Origin: Thermodesulfobacterium commune DSM 2178
GTDB lineage: Bacteria; Desulfobacterota; Thermodesulfobacteria; Thermodesulfobacteriales; Thermodesulfobacteriaceae
Assembly: GCF_000734015.1 (NCBI RefSeq)
Contig: NZ_CP008796.1
Span: 930,001 to 962,000, forward strand
Length of the DNA: 32,000 bases
Direction of reading: 5' to 3'
Shown here: positions 23,586 to 32,000 of the stretch, piece by piece
Layout of the letters: every line of letters begins with the position of its first letter
How positions within the stretch are numbered: the first letter of the stretch is position 1
Program-made: the position numbers and the translations under genes
The notes under the pieces: generated by a model
What the model was told of the DNA's origin: nothing
Database searches by the model: none
The model's input: only the letters and a program-made list of their open reading frames with translations

Positions 23586-24056
23586 TTAAATTTCTATGTC
23601 TAAAATTTCAAAATTTTTTATACCAGAAGGTGTTTTTACTTGAACTACATCTCCTATCTCCTTTCCTATCAAAGCTTTAGCTATAGGAGAATTAACTGAA
23701 ATAATACCCTTTGAAGGGTCTGTCTCATAGGGACCTACTATCTTATAAACCACTATTTCATCGGTGTCCAGGTTTAAAAGTTTGACCTTTACTCCAAACT
23801 GTACCCTATCAGGAGCTTTGTTTAAAGGTGGTATTACTTCAGCATTGGCTAAAATCCCTGAAAGTTCCTGGATCTTTCCTTCTATATGAGCTTGCCTCTC
23901 CTTAGCTGCTTCGTATTCGGCATTTTCCGAAAGGTCACCGTGTGCCCTGGCCTCTTCGATAGCCTTGATTACCTTTCTTCTTTCAACCTTGATAAGATAT
24001 TCAAGTTCCTTTTTTATTTTTTCTAAACCTTCAGGTGTAAAAGGTATTTTATTCAT
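23586..24056 (-). CDS. greA: transcription elongation factor GreA
   Basis: 156 aa with coiled-coil N-terminus ...AIEEARAHGDLSENAEYEAAKERQ and C-terminal SPIAKALIGK. Confidence 0.95.
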   Translation of the reverse strand: MNKIPFTPEGLEKIKKELEYLIKVERRKVIKAIEEARAHGDLSENAEYEAAKERQAHIEGKIQELSGILANAEVIPPLNKAPDRVQFGVKVKLLNLDTDEIVVYKIVGPYETDPSKGIISVNSPIAKALIGKEIGDVVQVKTPSGIKNFEILDIEI

Positions 24057-24113
24057 TATAACCCCCCTGCTTTCTTTTTTAGTAATGATTTGAAGTTGAA
24101 AAAAACAAAATGT

Positions 24114-25406
24114 TTAGTGCCTAAAAGCCCTTTGTCCGGTAAATTTCATGGCAATTTGATATTCATTACAAGCCTCTATAACCTCCCAGTCCCTTATTGA
24201 ACCACCTGGTTGTAAAATCGCCGTAACTCCTTGTTTAGCCACCACGTCTACCGAATCTCTAAATGGTAAAAATCCGTCAGAAACCATCACCGCCCCTATC
24301 AAACCTGCCTTTTTTTCCTTGGTTTCTTCATCTATCCTTTCTTTATCTTCCTTGGGACGGATTCCTTTTGCTACTTCTAACTCCAATTGTTTGTAAGGAA
24401 TCCCATATTTTTCGTAGCAAAGCAAATCAGCAAACTTAGTGTAGGCTTTAAAGATGGCTATCTCAGTACAACCAACCCTGTCTTGTTCTCCTGTTCCGAT
24501 GGCTACGGTGCATTCATCCTTTACAAACAAAACCGAGTTAGAAGTAACCCCAAGTTCTACAGCCCAACCAAAAAGCATGTCTTTAACCTCTCTTTCGGTA
24601 GGTTCTCTTAGGCATTTGTACTCGATCCCATCTTTTACCGCAACCGCAGGTTTCAGATCTTCAGGACGATTAATCTTGTTACTTTGAGAAACCTGTACTA
24701 TAAGGCCACCATCTATGAGACTTTTAAACTCTACAATTTTATAATTTCTGTAGTTCTGAAGTCGATCCATCCGTTTAATCCGTATTATTCTTAAAGATTT
24801 TTTAGCTTTTAAAATCTCTATAGCTCCTTCTTCATATTCTGGAGCAACTACTACCTCAAAATAATTAGAAGCTATAGCCTCCGCACAAGCCTTATCTACA
24901 GGCCTGTTTAATACTACCACTCCGCCAAAAGCTGCGATACGGTCTGCCTTAAAAGCCCGTAAAAACGCCTCCTCTAAACTATTTCCATAAGCTACCCCAG
25001 AAGGATTGTTATGTTTGATGATAACACAACAAGGTTTTTCGTTAAGATACCTAAGGATGTTTAAACCGCTATCGATGTCAGTAAGGTTGATTTTACTTGG
25101 GTGTTTTCCGAACTGAATAAAATCCTGTTCTCTTAAAGAAGAAACCAACCCTAAATTGGGATGAATAAACTCACATTCTCCTAAAATCAGATTTCCTGCT
25201 ACCAACTCATAAAGTGCTGCTTCTTGGTCTGGATTTTCTCCATATCTTAATCCTCTCCTTTCTATCACACCCGGTTCAACCTCTATATCCCAGGTCCTTT
25301 TTTTATATATCAAAGTTTGATCTCCAAAAGTTATTCTTATTTCTGAAGGAAAATGGTCTGTAACTATTGTATAGTACATTTTTTTCAAGTCTTCTGCCAT
25401 GATCAA
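24114..25406 (-). CDS. purH: AICAR transformylase domain protein (PurH-like, lacking the N-terminal MGS/IMP cyclohydrolase domain)
   Basis: 430 aa with LRYGENPDQ, IIKHNNPSGVA and the C-terminal FTGQRAFRH ending typical of PurH. No MGS-like domain precedes it. Confidence 0.75.
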   Translation of the reverse strand: MIMAEDLKKMYYTIVTDHFPSEIRITFGDQTLIYKKRTWDIEVEPGVIERRGLRYGENPDQEAALYELVAGNLILGECEFIHPNLGLVSSLREQDFIQFGKHPSKINLTDIDSGLNILRYLNEKPCCVIIKHNNPSGVAYGNSLEEAFLRAFKADRIAAFGGVVVLNRPVDKACAEAIASNYFEVVVAPEYEEGAIEILKAKKSLRIIRIKRMDRLQNYRNYKIVEFKSLIDGGLIVQVSQSNKINRPEDLKPAVAVKDGIEYKCLREPTEREVKDMLFGWAVELGVTSNSVLFVKDECTVAIGTGEQDRVGCTEIAIFKAYTKFADLLCYEKYGIPYKQLELEVAKGIRPKEDKERIDEETKEKKAGLIGAVMVSDGFLPFRDSVDVVAKQGVTAILQPGGSIRDWEVIEACNEYQIAMKFTGQRAFRH

Positions 25407-25451
25407 CCTCCTAAAAAATTAAATTAATAATATAAAAACTTATATAATTTG

Positions 25452-26609
25452 TCAAGAAACCTTGCGTTTTAAAGACATCAAATACCTTACCATATCTTCA
25501 GCGATCCTCCAACTAGCACCAGGAGCCCCAAGTAATCTTTTTAAACCCTCCAAATCTCTTTTAATCCGTTCTTGTTTGGTACGGTCTTTTAAAAGTTCAA
25601 TCAAGCGGTGAACAATAATCTCCTCTTGAGTCTTCCTAAATCCTACTATTTCTGGATAAACCTCTTTCCCAAGTATAAGGTTAGGAAGACTGATAAAAGG
25701 AACTTTAACCAATCTTTTAGCTAAACTCATCATCCAGTAAGGAAGAAAATAAGTAACTACCGCGGGGGTACCTATAATGGCTGCTTCTAAGGTTATAGTA
25801 CCTGAAGCTAAAAGAGCCGCGGTAGAATACTTCAAGATCTCATATTGAGTATTTTCTACCACCTTAATCTCCTTTTTAGCTCCTTCCCAGATAAAAGAAT
25901 CTTTTAATCCTAAAGCCTTAACCATTATTCCCTGTACTTCAGGGACCTTTTCTTTTACCATGCGATAAATTTTTAAAAATTGGGGGACATGTCTTTGAAT
26001 TTCTTTTTCTCTACTTCCGGGGAAAAAGCTTAAAATAGGTTTTTCTTCATCTAACCCATAAATTTCAAAAAGCATCTCTTTAGAAAGATTAACCTTGATA
26101 AGGTCTAAGATAGGGTGACCTAAAAAAATAGCTGGGATTTCATAAGAATTAAAAAACTCCTTTTCAAAAGGCAACACTACATAAAGTCTATCCACATATT
26201 TTTTTAAAATTTTGATCCGTCTTTTATGCCATGCCCAAACCTGCGGAGCTATATAGTAAATAACCGGATAACCCATTTCTTTAGCTAATTTAGCTATCTT
26301 AAGATTAAACCCAGGAAAATCGACTAAAACCACAGCATCTACCAATTTTTTAGCTAAAAATTCTTTAATCTTTTTATATACAAACCAGTATTTCTTTAAT
26401 TCTGACAGATTAGGTAAACCTACTAAAGCTAGAGGCTCAGCAGAAAAAAGTATATCTATCCCAAGACTTCTCATCTTTGGACCACCTACACCCACGAACT
26501 GAAAAGCTGCATTAACCTCTTTTATTCTTTTTATCAAAAGAGAACCGTAAAGGTCTCCAGACAACTCACCGGTTATGATAAAGATTTTGCAAGAGGCTTC
26601 TGAACTCAT
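25452..26609 (-). CDS. lpxB: lipid-A-disaccharide synthase LpxB
   Basis: 385 aa with IFIITGELSGDLYGSLLI at the N-terminus, YYIAPQVWAWHKRR and GTITLEAAIIGTP. Lies in the lpx cluster. Confidence 0.9.
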   Translation of the reverse strand: MSSEASCKIFIITGELSGDLYGSLLIKRIKEVNAAFQFVGVGGPKMRSLGIDILFSAEPLALVGLPNLSELKKYWFVYKKIKEFLAKKLVDAVVLVDFPGFNLKIAKLAKEMGYPVIYYIAPQVWAWHKRRIKILKKYVDRLYVVLPFEKEFFNSYEIPAIFLGHPILDLIKVNLSKEMLFEIYGLDEEKPILSFFPGSREKEIQRHVPQFLKIYRMVKEKVPEVQGIMVKALGLKDSFIWEGAKKEIKVVENTQYEILKYSTAALLASGTITLEAAIIGTPAVVTYFLPYWMMSLAKRLVKVPFISLPNLILGKEVYPEIVGFRKTQEEIIVHRLIELLKDRTKQERIKRDLEGLKRLLGAPGASWRIAEDMVRYLMSLKRKVS

Positions 26610-27562
26610 AAGAATTTTCTCAGATTTTGCTCAACCTGTTTTCTTATTTGAAACGCTAATTCTAAGGATTGCAACCCCTCCTTCCCATTAGGGGAAAGAG
26701 GTCTACCAGCTAAAATCCCTTCTACAAAATGAATCAGCTCACTTTTCAAAGGATCATCTTGTGGAAAAAGTTTTTTTTCTTGAAAGTATTCCTTAGTACT
26801 AGGGTCAACCTGAACATAAAGAAAACTTTTCTCTAAGGTATCAATCACCGCATAACTTCCTTTTTCAAAAATTCTTATTCTTCTTTGTCTGCTTAAAGAC
26901 AAACGACTGGCAGTAAGGTTGCAGGTAGTCCCATCATCCAAAACCAATCTAGCATTTACTATGTCTGGAAGGTTGGTAAAGAAAGGAGCTCCTACTGCAT
27001 GTATAAACTCAACTTTTCTACCAGGTTTCAGCATAAGTACCAGGTCTAAATCATGGATCATTAGGTCTAAAATCACATCTATATCTAAATTTCTTTCAGT
27101 AAAACAGGAAAGTCTATGGGCTTCTATAAAAACCGGATTTTTTATCTTTGAAATAGCCTCTTTTACTGCCTCCTGAAATCGTTCTATATACCCTATCTGT
27201 AAAGGAACGTTTTTTTTCTCAGCAAGATTTACCAATTCCTCCGCTAAATTTAATTCGTTAGTAATAGGTTTTTCCAAAAAAACGGCTTTTTCTTTCTCTA
27301 TAAAAAACTTGGCTATTTCATAATGGGTAAAAGTAGGAGTAACTATCACCACCGCATCTACTAACCTAGCTATGTCTCTATAGTTAGAAAAAATTTGAGG
27401 ATTTTTTCCAAGTTTTTTAAGTTTTTTAACCGCTTCTTGTACTCTTTCGGGATTTATGTCTACCAAAGCTACCAGATCTGCCTTATCTATCTGAGCAAGC
27501 TTTTCAGCATGAAACCTTCCTAAATGACCTATCCCGATGATACCTACCCTAAGCTTCTCCAT
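26606..27562 (-). CDS. Gfo/Idh/MocA-family NAD(P)-dependent oxidoreductase embedded in the lipid A operon (GnnA-like candidate)
   Basis: 318 aa with Rossmann N-terminus LRVGIIGIGHLGRFHAEKL and an EKP motif (FLEKPIT). It overlaps both lpxI and lpxB. Confidence 0.7.
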   Translation of the reverse strand: MEKLRVGIIGIGHLGRFHAEKLAQIDKADLVALVDINPERVQEAVKKLKKLGKNPQIFSNYRDIARLVDAVVIVTPTFTHYEIAKFFIEKEKAVFLEKPITNELNLAEELVNLAEKKNVPLQIGYIERFQEAVKEAISKIKNPVFIEAHRLSCFTERNLDIDVILDLMIHDLDLVLMLKPGRKVEFIHAVGAPFFTNLPDIVNARLVLDDGTTCNLTASRLSLSRQRRIRIFEKGSYAVIDTLEKSFLYVQVDPSTKEYFQEKKLFPQDDPLKSELIHFVEGILAGRPLSPNGKEGLQSLELAFQIRKQVEQNLRKFL

Positions 27563-28373
27563 CGGTTCCTCTATAGCCTACAATAGCTAAACCGTGTTTG
27601 TTAGCAAGTTCTAACGACTTTTCTTGCTGAAGAAAAAAAGTCTTCTCTGCTTCTAATGCCAAAACTTTAGCTTTAGCTTTTATCAGATTTTCTATCGTAT
27701 TTAATCCTACCACCGGCAAGTCTAACCTTAAGTCCTGGATAGGTTTAGCTACTTTTATGACCACCGTATCTTCTCTTAACGTTCCTGCCCTCAAAATCGT
27801 CGCATCTGTTCCTTCCATAGCTTCTACAGCAACCGTCATCTTGTTTTTTACCACCACACACTGACCTATGTCGAGAGCCCCTATTTTTTTAGCAATATAA
27901 AAGCCATATCTAATATCTTCCCATTCATCCTCATTAGGACTTCTTTTAGTTAAAACCCCCTCTGGGGTCAAAAATTCTTTTAAAAACTCAGCAGGTCCTC
28001 TTATTCTAAAGCCCTCTTTTTCTAACTCCTCGGCTACTGCCTTTAAGATAGTGTTGTCTTCTCGGTTTTTAAGACGTTTCCATAATAAAAAAGCCTTGAC
28101 GTCTGGAATCCCTATCTTCAGGGCCTTACTTTTATCTAACTTTCCTAAAAATACCAAATCTTTTACCTGCTCTTTTTTAAAAATCTTGATAAGTTTTCCC
28201 AGCTGACCTATCCCTACTTCTTCCACCCTGTTTACTAAAGGATCAAGTCGCCTTTTTTGCTCTTTAGAAAAACAAACAGCCACTACTCTATAACCTTGTT
28301 TTTTTAAAACCTGAGCCAAAATTAAAGGGAACTCTCCCTCACCTGAGATGAGGCCTACAGAAGTAGTCTCCAT
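27549..28373 (-). CDS. lpxI: UDP-2,3-diacylglucosamine pyrophosphatase LpxI (DUF1009)
   Basis: 274 aa with GLISGEGEFP, DIGQCVVVKNKMTVAVEAMEGTDATILR and KPIQDLRLDLPVVG, between lpxA and lpxB. Confidence 0.8.
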   Translation of the reverse strand: METTSVGLISGEGEFPLILAQVLKKQGYRVVAVCFSKEQKRRLDPLVNRVEEVGIGQLGKLIKIFKKEQVKDLVFLGKLDKSKALKIGIPDVKAFLLWKRLKNREDNTILKAVAEELEKEGFRIRGPAEFLKEFLTPEGVLTKRSPNEDEWEDIRYGFYIAKKIGALDIGQCVVVKNKMTVAVEAMEGTDATILRAGTLREDTVVIKVAKPIQDLRLDLPVVGLNTIENLIKAKAKVLALEAEKTFFLQQEKSLELANKHGLAIVGYRGTDGEA

Positions 28374-28379
28374 AAACCT

Positions 28380-29189
28380 TTAAAAAGCCTCTTCACCCTC
28401 GAAAGGTTTTCTCCTCATAATTCCCTGACGAGAGGGATTCTCTAAAAACTTAACAAGTTCATTAACTACTGGGTCTTCGTTAAAAATTTCACGCAACTCC
28501 TGAACCACCTCTTTTATCGTAGCTGGTGCGTCAAGAAAAAAACCCACGGCTTGAGAAATTTTTCTTATATCCTCTTTAGTAAAACCAGCCCTTCTTAATC
28601 CAACCAAGTTAATCCCTTGAATTTTCCCAGGGACTCCAAAAACCTTTACATAAGGAGGCACATCCTTGTCTATCCCTGTCATAGCACTTACAAAAGCATA
28701 CGCCCCTATTCTGCAAAACTGATGTACTGCTGAAAAACCTCCCATAACCACTCGGTCACCTACCCTTACATGTCCTCCTAAAGTTGCGGCGTTTGCCATC
28801 ACCACATGATCCCCTACCTTGCAATCATGGGCTATATGCACATAGGCCATCAAAAGACAATGATTACCTATCCTGGTAATGCCATCATCATAAGGAGTCC
28901 CTCTATGGATGGTAACAAACTCTCTGATAATATTACCGTTTCCGATCTCTACAAAGGTTTCTTCTCCTTTGTATCCTAAATGCTGAGGGTCTGTTCCAAT
29001 AACCGCAGATGGACCGATTATGTTGTTTTCTCCAATTTTAGTGTTTTTTTCTATGTAAGAATATGGCTTGATGATGGTGCCTTTGCCTATAAAAACCTTT
29101 GGGCCAATATAAACATTAGGTCCTATTTCTACACCCTCTTCTATCTCAGAAGAGGGATCTACATAGGCAGTAGGATGTATTTTGGCCAT
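28380..29189 (-). CDS. lpxA: acyl-ACP--UDP-N-acetylglucosamine O-acyltransferase LpxA
   Basis: 269 aa with IHPTAYVDPSSEIEEGVEIGP hexapeptide repeats and a helical C-terminal domain. Follows fabZ. Confidence 0.92.
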   Translation of the reverse strand: MAKIHPTAYVDPSSEIEEGVEIGPNVYIGPKVFIGKGTIIKPYSYIEKNTKIGENNIIGPSAVIGTDPQHLGYKGEETFVEIGNGNIIREFVTIHRGTPYDDGITRIGNHCLLMAYVHIAHDCKVGDHVVMANAATLGGHVRVGDRVVMGGFSAVHQFCRIGAYAFVSAMTGIDKDVPPYVKVFGVPGKIQGINLVGLRRAGFTKEDIRKISQAVGFFLDAPATIKEVVQELREIFNEDPVVNELVKFLENPSRQGIMRRKPFEGEEAF

Positions 29190-29194
29190 AAATT

Positions 29195-29635
29195 TTAGTC
29201 CTCCTCTCTCAAACCTGCAATTAACTCTGCCTCAGCCACTACTTTTTCTCCTACCTTAGCCACCGCATAGGTTTTAATAATACGTCCTTTCTTTTTAAAC
29301 CCCTTGGCTTCTAAGATTAAGGTATCTCCAGGATAAACCGGATGCCTAAACCTTACCTTATCAGCCCCTGCAAACACAAAAAGGCTATTTTTATACTCTG
29401 GGAAAATAAACTTAAGTCCAGCAGCTGCTGCTTGTGCCATAGCCTCCAGGATCAAAACACCAGGCATTATGGGATTACCTGGAAAATGTCCCTGAAAAAA
29501 AGGCTCATTTATGGTTACATTTTTCAACACCTTTATGTATTCACCTTCTTTATCAAGCTCTAAAATTTTATCTATTAACAAAAATGGATAACGATGAGGC
29601 AGAAGTTCAAAAATTTCTTTGGCCTTTATTTCCAT
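29195..29635 (-). CDS. fabZ: 3-hydroxyacyl-ACP dehydratase FabZ
   Basis: LLPHRYPFLLIDKI, FFQGHFPGNPIMPGVLILEAMAQ. I place the start at the ATG at 29635-29633, with GGAGG 6 nt upstream. The 17 extra N-terminal codons in the ORF track have no support. Confidence 0.92.
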   Translation of the reverse strand: MEIKAKEIFELLPHRYPFLLIDKILELDKEGEYIKVLKNVTINEPFFQGHFPGNPIMPGVLILEAMAQAAAAGLKFIFPEYKNSLFVFAGADKVRFRHPVYPGDTLILEAKGFKKKGRIIKTYAVAKVGEKVVAEAELIAGLREED

Positions 29636-29711
29636 CTCAAGCCTCCGTTGTAAACAATCGATTTTTATATTATCATAGAAAATCAAATCTTAAAAGAAGG
29701 GATAAAAACAA

Positions 29712-30173
29712 ATGGCAAAAAAGTTTTCACTTTCTCAAAAAGATAAAAAAAACCTGCTAAACCTATTACAGCAAGAATTCCCTATAGAAGAAAAACCTTT
29801 TGAAACTTTGGCTAAAAAATTCGACCTTTCAGAGGAAGAAATAATAGAATTTTTAAAAAACCTTCAAAAAGAAGGAATTATTAGGCATTTTGGAGCCACA
29901 GTCAACTCGATAAAATTGGGGTATTATACCTGTTTATGTGGAACTTCTATCCCAGAAGAAAAAATAAACATAGTTTATGAAATAGCAGAACTGCCAGAGG
30001 TTACCCATGCCTATCTCAGAGAACATAGACTTAACTTCTGGTTTACCGTAGTCCTCCCTTCAGAAGAAACCTTACCAAACTTTATCAAAAATCTATCTGA
30101 TAAATATCAAATAGAAATCAAAAGTTTTCCTATGGTAAAAAAGTTTAAGGCTAAGGCTGTTTTTACCCTCTAA
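29712..30173 (+). CDS. AsnC/Lrp-like siroheme decarboxylase subunit (AhbA/AhbB / NirDLGH family)
   Basis: 153 aa. QQEFPIEEKPFETLAKKFDLSEEEIIEFLKNLQKEGIIRHFGA...VTHAYLREHRLNFWFTV is the family pattern I recall for alternative heme biosynthesis proteins of sulfate reducers. A plain Lrp-type regulator cannot be excluded. Confidence 0.6.
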   Translation: MAKKFSLSQKDKKNLLNLLQQEFPIEEKPFETLAKKFDLSEEEIIEFLKNLQKEGIIRHFGATVNSIKLGYYTCLCGTSIPEEKINIVYEIAELPEVTHAYLREHRLNFWFTVVLPSEETLPNFIKNLSDKYQIEIKSFPMVKKFKAKAVFTL

Positions 30174-30177
30174 TCTT

Positions 30178-31194
30178 TTATTTCATCGCAGCTCCAGCCA
30201 CTGTACCCATTACGCTGATAGGAACCTGCTCTTCTACCCCTTTGGCTGCTCTGTTAACACTTCTAAGGGTCTTTTTAGCCTCTACATAAAGAGAATCGTC
30301 TTTTAAAAGTTTACCTAACGTCCCTTCTCCTCTTTCTATCCGTGCGGTTATGTCTTTTAGGTTGGTAGATATTTGTTTCAATTCTTTGTAGAGCCTTTCG
30401 TCATTGATCAGTTTCCCTAAAGTCCCCTCTCCTTTTTCAAGTTTCTTTGAAACTTTCTCTAAATGAGCCACTGTTTGGGTAAGGGTTTTGTAAAGTTGGT
30501 CGTCTTTAACCAGTTTTCCAAGGGTCCCCTGTCCGCTTTCTATTTGTCTGGCTATAGTTTTTAGATGTTCTGTGGTTTCTTTGAGGTTTACATATAAACT
30601 ATCATCTGTAACCAATTTTCCTAAACTACCTTGCCCTTTCTCTATTTTAGCGGCGATACCTTTGAAACTTTCTGAGGCTTCTTTTATGTTTGCTACTAAA
30701 ATCTTTAAGTTTTGTCTACCTTCCTCAGTACCTAAAAGCTCTTTTAACCCTTCTACCGTAGGTCCGATGTTAGCCAACAGATCATCCACAGAGACTGCAC
30801 TGTGAGCATTGGCTATCATACTTTCAGGCTTAAGATAGTTTTTAGAAAGTCCTGGCTTTAACTCTACAAATTTATCTCCTAATACCCCATAAGTTTTTAC
30901 ATAAGCCTCTGCGTCTTCCTGGACTTTGTATTTACTATAGATTAAAAGTTCTACTTTAGCCTTTCCTTCAGGGGTAAGCTCTATGTTCCCTACCTTCCCT
31001 ATATTCACCCCAGCCATCTCTATCTTGGCTCCTTTGGCAAGCCCTGAGACATTTTCAAAAACCGCATAAAGCTTATAGCTATCCTTTGGAGTAAAAGCCT
31101 CTTCTCCTAACTTAAAGGTAAGATAAAGGAGGGCTAAAATACCTATAAAAACAAAAAAACCAACTTTTATCTCAGTAGAGCCTTTTACTGCCAT
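30178..31194 (-). CDS. mlaD: MlaD/MCE-domain lipid transport protein with repeat-containing C-terminal extension
   Basis: N-terminal TM helix, then MCE domain (YKLYAVFENVSGLAKGAKIEMAGVNIGKVGNIEL), followed by four 34-aa repeats. Adjacent to mlaF. Confidence 0.85.
   Translation of the reverse strand: MAVKGSTEIKVGFFVFIGILALLYLTFKLGEEAFTPKDSYKLYAVFENVSGLAKGAKIEMAGVNIGKVGNIELTPEGKAKVELLIYSKYKVQEDAEAYVKTYGVLGDKFVELKPGLSKNYLKPESMIANAHSAVSVDDLLANIGPTVEGLKELLGTEEGRQNLKILVANIKEASESFKGIAAKIEKGQGSLGKLVTDDSLYVNLKETTEHLKTIARQIESGQGTLGKLVKDDQLYKTLTQTVAHLEKVSKKLEKGEGTLGKLINDERLYKELKQISTNLKDITARIERGEGTLGKLLKDDSLYVEAKKTLRSVNRAAKGVEEQVPISVMGTVAGAAMK
30229..30636 (-). repeat. four tandem 34-aa (102-nt) intragenic repeats G[QE]G[ST]LGKL[VIL]xD[DE]xLY...
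   Basis: Residues 187-220, 221-254, 255-288 and 289 to about 322 of MlaD begin GQGSLGKLVTDDSLY, GQGTLGKLVKDDQLY, GEGTLGKLINDERLY and GEGTLGKLLKDDSLY. Confidence 0.85.
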
Positions 31195-31213
31195 GTTTTC
31201 ACCTCCTTATAGC

Positions 31214-31942
31214 CTATAATAAAGCACTTCTTAAAAAGTTCTGAATAAACTCTTCTTCTGCCTGCTTAATCTCATCAGGGGTACCAAACTTTAAGATAAT
31301 ACCCTGATGTAAAAAGGCGATATAATCTGCAAATTTTAAAGCTAAAGCTACGTCATGACTTATGATAGCACAGGTAAGCTGGTATTTTTCTTTTATGTCT
31401 TTTATGAGTTGTAAGATCGAAACCTGTAAGATAGGGTCAAGCCCGGTGGTGGGTTCATCAAAAAGAATAACCTTAGGTTTTAAAGCAAGGGTTCTAGCCA
31501 AAGCTGCCCTTTTTTTCATACCTCCTGAAAGTTCAGAGGGGAATTTATCCTTTGAGGCAAGAAGTCCTACAGCGTCTAAAAGTTCTTCTACCTGAGAATT
31601 GATTTCTTTAGCGCTTAACTTGAAATGTTCTTTTAAAGGGAAAGCCACGTTTTCTCCCACCGTCATAGAATCAAATAAAGCTCCTTCTTGGAATAAGAAG
31701 CCTATATTTCTTCTAACCTTTTGCAACTCCTTTTCCGAAAGTTTAGTAATATCCTGGTTTTCAAACCAGATCTCTCCAGCATCAGGCTTAATTAAACCTA
31801 CGATATGTTTCAAAAGAACACTTTTTCCAGTACCACTTTGTCCCATGATAAAAGTTATACAGTTTTCAGGTATAGTAAGGTCTACCCCTTTTAACACCTC
31901 AAATCCGTTAAAACTTTTTCTAAGTCCCTTGATAACTATCAT
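31214..31942 (-). CDS. mlaF: ABC transporter ATP-binding protein MlaF
   Basis: 242 aa with Walker A GQSGTGKS, signature LSGGMKKR and Walker B ILFDEPT. Sits upstream of mlaD. Confidence 0.9.
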   Translation of the reverse strand: MIVIKGLRKSFNGFEVLKGVDLTIPENCITFIMGQSGTGKSVLLKHIVGLIKPDAGEIWFENQDITKLSEKELQKVRRNIGFLFQEGALFDSMTVGENVAFPLKEHFKLSAKEINSQVEELLDAVGLLASKDKFPSELSGGMKKRAALARTLALKPKVILFDEPTTGLDPILQVSILQLIKDIKEKYQLTCAIISHDVALALKFADYIAFLHQGIILKFGTPDEIKQAEEEFIQNFLRSALL

Positions 31943-32000
31943 CTATACCTCTAAAAGAAAAGAGTAGTTAAGATGTAATCCATCACCAAAATACCTACGG
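31943..32000 (-). CDS. mlaE: 3' end of probable MlaE permease (partial, runs off the window)
   Basis: Open minus-strand frame ...RRYFGDGLHLNYSFLLEV ends at a TAG (31945-31943) that abuts the mlaF ATG. The call rests on operon position only. Confidence 0.4.
   Translation of the reverse strand, partial: RRYFGDGLHLNYSFLLEV

Noticed and set aside
1-32000. CRISPR arrays, rRNA genes, IS elements or transposases, riboswitch-like leaders and known defence or toxin-antitoxin modules.
   Set aside because: None was recognised. Intergenic regions are short, mostly under 150 bp. The longer ones (7799-7944, 13822-14243, 16371-16638, 18471-18666) showed only promoter-like hexamers, one terminator and the features already listed.

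Overview
This is a compact, AT-rich bacterial chromosome segment coded almost entirely on the minus strand. Gene content suggests a thermophilic anaerobe of the Thermodesulfobacterium type, but that is only a guess. No CRISPR array, rRNA, transposase or recognisable defence or toxin-antitoxin system was seen.

- **1-7.8 kb:** the dcw cell-wall and division cluster, transcribed mraZ-rsmH-ftsL-(ftsI-slot gene)-murE-murF-mraY-murD. The ftsI-slot protein lacks a transpeptidase domain. Three phased AGTGG repeats, of the kind MraZ binds, sit in front of mraZ.
- **7.9-12.5 kb:** seven co-directional genes forming a poorly characterised metallocluster-type module. It holds two paralogous MinD-type ATPases with inserted 2x[4Fe-4S] ferredoxin domains, an MBL-fold protein, Mrp/NBP35 with a Cys-rich tail, two NifX-like small proteins and a Trp/Arg/Gly-rich DUF5320 protein. 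Fur-type 7-1-7 palindromes overlap both putative promoters. This is my best candidate for an undescribed system.
- **12.66-18.5 kb:** tRNA-Pro(UGG), then a tyrosine integrase with at least 7 inactivating lesions, and a stretch in which every gene is broken. The broken genes are the integrase, a roughly 490-codon ORF chain with in-frame stops, a 5'-truncated and frameshifted ClC channel, and cstA with a 1-nt frameshift.
- **18.6-32 kb:** housekeeping genes. These are an amrS-type radical SAM enzyme, rlmN, serA plus a class-V aminotransferase, greA, and a purH that lacks the IMP cyclohydrolase domain. They are followed by the lipid A cluster fabZ-lpxA-lpxI-(Gfo/Idh/MocA oxidoreductase)-lpxB, one AhbA/B-like siroheme decarboxylase subunit, and mlaD/mlaF/mlaE.

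All calls come from reading the translations and the DNA by eye. No database search was run.
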